Origin: a virus
Length of the DNA stretch: 38,405 nt
IMG/VR virus record: IMGVR_UViG_3300045988_111196
Strand: one strand, 5' to 3'
Shown: piece after piece, positions 32,605 through 38,405 of the stretch
How positions within the stretch are numbered: the stretch's first letter is position 1
Layout: each line of letters opens with the position of its first letter
The notes under the pieces: generated by a model
What the model was told of the DNA's origin: nothing
The model's input: the letters and a program-made list of their open reading frames with translations, nothing else
The model's database searches: none
Made by a program: the position numbers and the translations under genes

Positions 32605-33375
32605 TTGGCGAGACCGAGAAGTCCAAATAGAGATAAGGCGAAAGAATTATGGATTAAAAGTGGAAGAACACGCTTACTTAAAGACATTGCGGAAGAACTG
32701 CAGGTATCAGAAGAACAGATACGAAAGTGGAAAAATCAAGACAAGTGGGATAAGGTAACGTTACCAAATACAAATAGTAACGTTACCAATCAAAAGGGAG
32801 GACAACCAGGAAACAAGAATGCAGCAGGAAACCGAGGAGGAGCAGCGCCGACAAATAATAAAAATGCGTTAAAAACTGGAGAATTTGAGTCGATTTTTTT
32901 TGATACTTTAAGCCTGAAGGAAAAAGATTTGATTGATGGAGTTGCGCTGGAAAAAGAAAAACTACTCCTGCAAGAAATACAACTCTTGACAGTGAGAGAA
33001 TATCGAATGTTGAAGAGAATACAGATACTGAAAGAGGAAAGTGAAAATGATACTGCACGATCAGGAATGACAATGACGAAGTATACAAAAGGGGAAGAAA
33101 GAGGGGAATATACGGATTTAAAGGAATATGAAAGTGTTTTAGTTCAGATACAGATGATAGAAGATGCATTAACTAGAGTCCAAGCAAGAAAACAGAAGGC
33201 AATTGATTCGTTGCATAAAATTGGATATGATGATGCACGATTAGAGTTGGAAACAATGAAATTCGAATTAGAACTCTTGAAACAAGATGGACAAACTGAC
33301 GATAAGGAAGACGACGGATTTATTGAGGCAATGAATAAAACAGCGACGGATGTTTGGGGTGATTATGACGAATAG
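32605..33375 (+). CDS. Terminase small subunit
   Basis: N-terminal HTH LLKDIAEELQVSEEQIRKWKNQDKW and the GGQPGNKNAAGNRGGAAPTNNKNALKTG motif are typical of Firmicutes TerS. The start is TTG after RBS gagaggtgg. Confidence 0.8.
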   Translation: MARPRSPNRDKAKELWIKSGRTRLLKDIAEELQVSEEQIRKWKNQDKWDKVTLPNTNSNVTNQKGGQPGNKNAAGNRGGAAPTNNKNALKTGEFESIFFDTLSLKEKDLIDGVALEKEKLLLQEIQLLTVREYRMLKRIQILKEESENDTARSGMTMTKYTKGEERGEYTDLKEYESVLVQIQMIEDALTRVQARKQKAIDSLHKIGYDDARLELETMKFELELLKQDGQTDDKEDDGFIEAMNKTATDVWGDYDE

Positions 33376-34771
33376 AACTAAAGCGTTAAAGCGAAAAATA
33401 TCCGAAATGAAAAGCAGAAGAAAAGCGATTTCAAAACAAATATTTAAGTTTCAGCCTTTTTCGAAAAAGCAGAAACAGGTGTTAACCTGGTGGCTTCCGA
33501 CATCTCCGGTAAAAGATAGAGATGGCATAATAGCGGACGGGGCAATCAGATCGGGGAAAACAGTCAGCATGTCTTTGTCTTATGTAATGTGGGCGATGAC
33601 CACTTTTTCCGGGCAAAACTTCGGAATGTGCGGAAAAACGATTGGTTCATTCAGGAGAAATGTACTGTTTTGGTTAAAACTAATGCTGAAAAGCAGAGGT
33701 TATGGAGTAGTGGACCACAGATCGGACAATCTGATTGTAGTATCTAAAAATGGAATAGAAAACTATTTTTATATATTTGGTGGAAAAGACGAACGGTCAC
33801 AAGACTTGATACAAGGTATCACTCTTGCAGGCTGTTTTTTTGATGAAGTAGCGTTGATGCCGGAAAGTTTTGTAAATCAAGCTACCGGAAGATGTTCGGT
33901 GGATGGATCTAAGTTTTGGTTTAACTGCAATCCGGATGGTCCATATCACTGGTTTAAAGTAAATTGGATTGATAAGAGTGTTGATTTTTTAGGAAAGAAA
34001 AAAGCGGAAGAATTAAAAAAGAAGAATATTGTTCTAAAAAATTTATTATATATACACTTCACTATGGATGATAATTTGAGTCTAAGTGAGAAAGTAAAAG
34101 AAAGATACCGTTCGATGTATACTGGTGTATTTTACAAGCGGTATATACGTGGATTGTGGGCTGTTGCCGAAGGAATTATTTACGACATGTTTTCAGAAGA
34201 GAAACATGTGCAGAATATATTGCAATTTTTCAGAAGTTTAACTAATTCCGGAAGATACGTAAGCGTAGATTACGGTACACAAAATGCAACAGTTTTTCTT
34301 TTGTGGAATAAAGGAATAGACGGGAAATGGTATTGTATCCGAGAGTACTACTATTCCGGAAGAGAAAAAGAAGAACAGAAGACAGATAATCAGTATGTAG
34401 AGGATTTTAAAGAGTTTTTGGACGGAACGGAAATAAAAGCAGTAATCGTAGACCCGTCAGCTGCATCTTTCATCGCTTCGTTAAGAAAAGCTGGATTTTC
34501 AGTCATTAAAGCAAAAAATGATGTAGAAGACGGTATTCGTGTTGTGGGAATGCTTTTGAATCAAGAAAAAATTATTTTTTCTGAATCGTGTGTGAATACT
34601 AGAAAAGAATTTGCTTCCTATGCATGGGATAAAAAAGCAGCAGAACGCGGAGAAGACAAGCCGATAAAAACAATGGATCATGCAATGGATGCCGTAAGGT
34701 ATTTCTGTTATACGATTTTAAATAATCAAAAAGCAAGAGTCAAAGACAAGAAAAAACTAGGATTCCAGTAG
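33350..34771 (+). CDS. Terminase large subunit (PBSX family; likely start ATG 33365)
   Basis: Walker A GAIRSGKT, FDEVALM, and the C-terminal nuclease motif MDHAMDAVRY. Confidence 0.9.
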   Translation: MFGVIMTNRTKALKRKISEMKSRRKAISKQIFKFQPFSKKQKQVLTWWLPTSPVKDRDGIIADGAIRSGKTVSMSLSYVMWAMTTFSGQNFGMCGKTIGSFRRNVLFWLKLMLKSRGYGVVDHRSDNLIVVSKNGIENYFYIFGGKDERSQDLIQGITLAGCFFDEVALMPESFVNQATGRCSVDGSKFWFNCNPDGPYHWFKVNWIDKSVDFLGKKKAEELKKKNIVLKNLLYIHFTMDDNLSLSEKVKERYRSMYTGVFYKRYIRGLWAVAEGIIYDMFSEEKHVQNILQFFRSLTNSGRYVSVDYGTQNATVFLLWNKGIDGKWYCIREYYYSGREKEEQKTDNQYVEDFKEFLDGTEIKAVIVDPSAASFIASLRKAGFSVIKAKNDVEDGIRVVGMLLNQEKIIFSESCVNTRKEFASYAWDKKAAERGEDKPIKTMDHAMDAVRYFCYTILNNQKARVKDKKKLGFQ

Positions 34772-34784
34772 AGAGGAGAAAAAT

Positions 34785-36203
34785 ATGCTTTGTAGCCTTA
34801 CTTATCCAAGAGATAAATACGACGAAGAAAATCTTGATAAAAGGTTGATTGTACAATTAATCAGTAAACATCGCAAATATATAGTTCCACAATTAAGGAA
34901 GAATAAGGAATATTATGATGGAAAGCATGCGATATCGGATAAAGAGAGGGAAAATAATGCTCCGAATGCAAAAACGGTATGCAATCATGCGAAAGATATT
35001 ACCGATACAGCATCGGGGTATTTTATGGGAAATCCAATAACATATAACAACACAGGAGAAAATGATATAGAGGCACTGATGAAAGCGTTTGATGTAGCTG
35101 AAGTAGATGACACAGACAATGATAACGCTCTGATGCAGTCAATATATGGAGTTGCCTATGATTATACATATGCAGCAGAAGGAAAGTCGGAGTTGATGAC
35201 GAGAAACCTGGAATCGGAAAATACGTTTATTGTACAGGATGACTCCATCGAACAAAAAGAATTATTCGGGGTGTATTACTACATTCGAAGAAATTCTGCG
35301 ACAAATGAAGAAAAATACATAGCGACTGTATGCACAGAAAACTTAATCTATAATTTTGAGCTTTCGACAGATTACAGCGAAGAACAAGCGATGCCGGAAG
35401 AACAAGGCGTTGCTCACAATATGAGAGAGTGTCCGATCACAGAGTACAAAAACAACAAGTTCAACATCGGAGATTTTGAACAACAAATCGGGTTAATAGA
35501 TGCATACAATATGCTAATGGCGGACAGGGTGAATGATAAGGAACAATTCATCGATGCGATACTTGTGATATATGGTTCGCTGCTTGGAGATACCGAAGAT
35601 GAATCAAAAGAAGCGCACAAGAAGTTAAAGTCTGAGAAATTGCTGGAAATGGACCAGGATGCGCGAGCGGAGTACCTAACGAGGCAATTGGATGAAACAG
35701 GTGCAGAAACGCTTAGGAAAGCGATAAAAGAAGATATTTATACATTTAGTCATATTCCAAATCTGACAGATGAAAATTTCAGTGGAAATACATCCGGTGT
35801 GGCAATGGAATACAAACTGCTTGGACTGGAAATGGTAACAAAAATAAAAGAACGATATTACAGGAAGGGATTAAGAAAACGAATACGACTTTTCTGTAAT
35901 TTCCTAGAATTAAAGGCGATTTCTATGGAGTCCGATTCTATCATACCTGTATTCAGTAGGGCGTTACCGAAAAATCTAGTTGAAACAGCACAGATAATTG
36001 CAAATCTTGATGGAAAAGTAAGCACCAGGACGTTGATACAGCTATTGCCATTTGTGGAAGATCCGGATGCGGAAGTAGAAAATGTTAAGAAGGAAAAAGA
36101 AGATAACGTAGAAGCGCAAAGAAGAGTATTTTCTGTAAATGAAAATACAGCTCCGGAAGATACAATTCCGAAAGAAGAGGAAGATGCTGATATAGATGAA
36201 TAA
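34785..36203 (+). CDS. Portal protein (SPP1 gp6-like)
   Basis: 472 aa following terL. It carries KNKEYYDGKHAI...NHAKDITDTASGYFMGNPITY. Confidence 0.9.
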   Translation: MLCSLTYPRDKYDEENLDKRLIVQLISKHRKYIVPQLRKNKEYYDGKHAISDKERENNAPNAKTVCNHAKDITDTASGYFMGNPITYNNTGENDIEALMKAFDVAEVDDTDNDNALMQSIYGVAYDYTYAAEGKSELMTRNLESENTFIVQDDSIEQKELFGVYYYIRRNSATNEEKYIATVCTENLIYNFELSTDYSEEQAMPEEQGVAHNMRECPITEYKNNKFNIGDFEQQIGLIDAYNMLMADRVNDKEQFIDAILVIYGSLLGDTEDESKEAHKKLKSEKLLEMDQDARAEYLTRQLDETGAETLRKAIKEDIYTFSHIPNLTDENFSGNTSGVAMEYKLLGLEMVTKIKERYYRKGLRKRIRLFCNFLELKAISMESDSIIPVFSRALPKNLVETAQIIANLDGKVSTRTLIQLLPFVEDPDAEVENVKKEKEDNVEAQRRVFSVNENTAPEDTIPKEEEDADIDE

Positions 36204-37725
36204 AAAAACACTTTCTTATTGGAAAAAAAGAAAATCTCAGAGAATGTTTGAGTATATGGAGGAGGCAGAGAAAAACGCAAAACAGATAGCAGATATTTAT
36301 GCGAAAGCAAGCAGATATTTGATTTATAAAGCGGAAGAAATTTTTGATAAATATGTAGATAAATATGAACTTACAGAGAAAGAAGCTTTAGATCTTTTGT
36401 CAAGAATGAAAAAGAAAGAAGATATCGAAGAGCTGAAAAGGTTACTGGCAGCAGAAAAAGATAATAAAAAGAAAAAAGATCTTCTTGCCAAATTGGAAGC
36501 TCCTGCATATCAATTCAGAATAAGGAGACTAAAACAACTGCAAGATGAAATTGATTCGATGATGTTTTCTGTATATCAACAGGAAAAAATAATTTCGACT
36601 AACTTTTACACAGATTTAGGAATAGAGGCATATTACAAGTCGGTGTTTGATTTGCAGTCCTATACAGAAATAGGATTTCGATTCGTAAACATAGATGAAA
36701 ACAAGATTGCGAAAGCGTTGTACGCAAAGTGGTCGGGAGAAAATTATTCAAAACGTATTTGGAAGAATACAGATAGACTTGCGCAGGAATTAAAAGAGCA
36801 ATTGACTGTTTCGATTATGACTGGAAAGCCACTTAGGGAAGTTGCAAGAGAGCTAGAAAATCAATTTTTAGTTGGAAGTTATCAGGCGAGAAGATTAGTC
36901 AGGACAGAAAGCGCTTATATTGTTGGCCAACTTGAAATTGAGTCGTATAAGGAGTGTGGGATAGAGGAATATATATTTGTAGCGACACTGGACTTAAAAA
37001 CATCGACTATATGCAGAAATATGGATAAAATGCGCATCAGGCTTGAAGATGCTTTAGTAGGAACAAATTATCCGCCTATGCATCCGTTTTGTAGATCTAC
37101 TACAATTGCTTACATATCAGAAGAAGTATTAAAAACCATGAAAGCACGTGCGAGAGATCCAGAGACTGGAGAAAACATTTTTGTACCGGCGAACATGACG
37201 TGGAGTGAGTGGTATAACAGATATGTGAAAGGGAAAAAGGCAGCAAAGACTGTAGAGAAAAAGATAAAGGGTGAATCTGCAGATAAAAAACAATATAAAT
37301 CTTATAAAGAAGTTTTGGGAAATCAAAAAGATTTAGAATCTTTTGCTAAGTTTCGAGATATGAAGTATAATAAAAATGAAACCTGGAAGGAAATGAAAGA
37401 AGCATACAAAGATGTAAATTGGCAGAAAAAATGTCAAGAAAACATAAGCTCCGGGGAAGTTCATAAAGTACCATTTGAAAACGCACCGAACAGTATATTT
37501 GATAAATATGAAAATGGGAAAATAGTTCAAAGAAGATATTACGGAAAGACGGGAAAGCCAAGACTGGATATAGACTTAACGGATCATGGCAATGCAGTAA
37601 AACATCCAGTTGTGCCACATAGACATGGATGGAAAGAATTGAATGATTCGAGCGTAAAAAGAGATGAGGTGCATGATATGCCGTTAAAATTAGGAGATAA
37701 AATAGCAAATGCTGATATTTTATAG
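36196..37725 (+). CDS. Minor head protein, MuF/SPP1 gp7 family, with ~165-aa C-terminal extension
   Basis: MuF core features ARRLVRTESAYI...NYPPMHPFCRSTTIAY. The extension (37226-37725) contains DLTDHGNAVKHPVVPHRHGW. Confidence 0.85.
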   Translation: MNKKTLSYWKKRKSQRMFEYMEEAEKNAKQIADIYAKASRYLIYKAEEIFDKYVDKYELTEKEALDLLSRMKKKEDIEELKRLLAAEKDNKKKKDLLAKLEAPAYQFRIRRLKQLQDEIDSMMFSVYQQEKIISTNFYTDLGIEAYYKSVFDLQSYTEIGFRFVNIDENKIAKALYAKWSGENYSKRIWKNTDRLAQELKEQLTVSIMTGKPLREVARELENQFLVGSYQARRLVRTESAYIVGQLEIESYKECGIEEYIFVATLDLKTSTICRNMDKMRIRLEDALVGTNYPPMHPFCRSTTIAYISEEVLKTMKARARDPETGENIFVPANMTWSEWYNRYVKGKKAAKTVEKKIKGESADKKQYKSYKEVLGNQKDLESFAKFRDMKYNKNETWKEMKEAYKDVNWQKKCQENISSGEVHKVPFENAPNSIFDKYENGKIVQRRYYGKTGKPRLDIDLTDHGNAVKHPVVPHRHGWKELNDSSVKRDEVHDMPLKLGDKIANADIL

Positions 37726-37733
37726 AGAGGGTG

Positions 37734-37982
37734 ATGAAATTGGGAGACAGGCTTGAGAGTTTAAAAGAATTGACGGATGCAGTTGATATGGGGCTTGATA
37801 TAGAGTTTAGGTTGTACGGAATTCGATATAATATATCGACGGATGGAACTCCGTTCATTGCGGAATGCCCGGATGGAGAAGGGACGTATTATGATAATGC
37901 AGAAGATATGGTAAATAACCATAGAGTAAATGAAAAATTATTAAAAGATATTTGGCAGGAATTTGAAATATTGGGAATGTAA
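37734..37982 (+). CDS. Small hypothetical protein directly after the MuF gene
   Basis: RBS agagagg is present. The 82-aa ORF is followed by the repeated terminator. Confidence 0.5.
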   Translation: MKLGDRLESLKELTDAVDMGLDIEFRLYGIRYNISTDGTPFIAECPDGEGTYYDNAEDMVNNHRVNEKLLKDIWQEFEILGM

Positions 37983-37988
37983 AAACAA

Positions 37989-38024
37989 AGAACATCTATC
38001 AGAAATGGTAGGTGTTCTTTTTAT
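37989..38024 (+). terminator. Rho-independent terminator; copy 2 of the exact 36-bp repeat
   Basis: Identical to 16394..16429. Confidence 0.7.
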
Positions 38025-38107
38025 GAAAGAAATTAGGTGGGAGGTGGTCGGAATGTCTCGGAGTTATCCGTTAAATAGCGAAAACAATAACGAAAGGAGT
38101 TTAAATT

Positions 38108-38405
38108 ATGCAAAATGAAAAGAGAAGATTTCCGTTAGCACTGCAATTTTTCTCGGATGATGGAGAGAGCGATGAAGGGAAAAAACCAGACGGAACAGGA
38201 GAAGAAGGTCAGTCGTTCGACGATTTCATCGAAAAAGACGGAAACAAAGAAGAATTTGAAAAAAGAATGAAAGAAGCAGTAAAAAAAGCAGTTTCAGAAG
38301 CGCAAGAGAAATGGGAAAGTTTAACTGATGATAAGCTTTCGGAAGCAGAAAAACTTGCACGCATGACAAAGGAACAAAAAGAACAGTATTTACAGCAAAA
38401 AAAAG
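38108..38405 (+). CDS. Capsid scaffolding protein, N-terminal part (continues at 100..434 after removing the overlap)
   Basis: RBS aaaggag lies 8 nt before ATG 38108. The ORF is open to the window end and in frame with 3..434. Confidence 0.7.
   Translation, partial: MQNEKRRFPLALQFFSDDGESDEGKKPDGTGEEGQSFDDFIEKDGNKEEFEKRMKEAVKKAVSEAQEKWESLTDDKLSEAEKLARMTKEQKEQYLQQKK
38307..38405. repeat. Terminal overlap copy (identical to 1..99)
   Basis: Exact 99-nt identity. Confidence 0.95.

Noticed and set aside
35858-37858. Minus-strand ORFs 35858-36310 and 37346-37858
   Set aside because: They are antisense to the portal and MuF genes. Their Ser/Phe/Leu-rich shadow translations have no start signals.
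1-38405. Search for an integrase/recombinase, excisionase-integrase pair, CI-type repressor or partition genes
   Set aside because: None of the ORFs in the track, or the small ORFs I added, shows tyrosine/serine recombinase, HTH_3+S24 or ParA/B signatures by eye. The absence is reported as part of the host-DNA finding rather than as a feature. A profile search could still reveal a divergent one.

Overview
This window looks like a complete, circularly permuted genome of a Firmicutes/Clostridia-type siphovirus. Positions 1-99 are identical to 38307-38405, and the scaffold gene reads through that junction.

Nearly all genes are on the + strand. In packaging order they are:
- tRNA-Thr, then terS, terL (PBSX type), an SPP1-type portal and a MuF/gp7 minor head protein (32.5-37.7 kb)
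- scaffold, major capsid, connector and tail genes (38.1 kb wrapping to 4.4 kb)
- tape measure, Dit-like and Tal-like proteins, an NlpC/P60 hydrolase, collagen-like fibres and a split tail fibre (4.4-13.8 kb)
- XhlA-like protein, phiLC3-type holin and, further on, an Amidase_3 endolysin (14.3-17.5 kb)
- early/replication genes: DUF1071/Sak3-like annealase, replisome organiser, DnaC-like loader, HNH, YopX, DUF551 and a sigma-like late regulator (20.2-30.3 kb)

Four things stand out:
1. A self-contained AT-rich two-gene cassette (30446-32254) has its own promoter, operator-like palindrome and terminator. It encodes a motif-less soluble 323-aa protein and a 4-TM membrane protein, sitting between the late regulator and the terminase. 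I read it as a candidate undescribed RexAB/Kiwa-style abortive-infection or exclusion system.
2. About 2.5 kb of bacterial chromosome sits where a lysogeny module would be: an NSS transporter, the L20 leader, infC with an ATT start, and a 3'-truncated rpmI. It is fused in-ORF to a 5'-truncated KilAC antirepressor. I found no integrase or CI-type repressor. This is the architecture expected of an aberrant-excision (specialised-transducing-like) genome, or of an assembly chimera.
3. A P22 immI-like RHH/antirepressor unit splits the holin from the endolysin.
4. A Cys-rich protein is built from 19 near-identical 18-bp repeats.

All family names come from motif recognition by eye; no searches were run.
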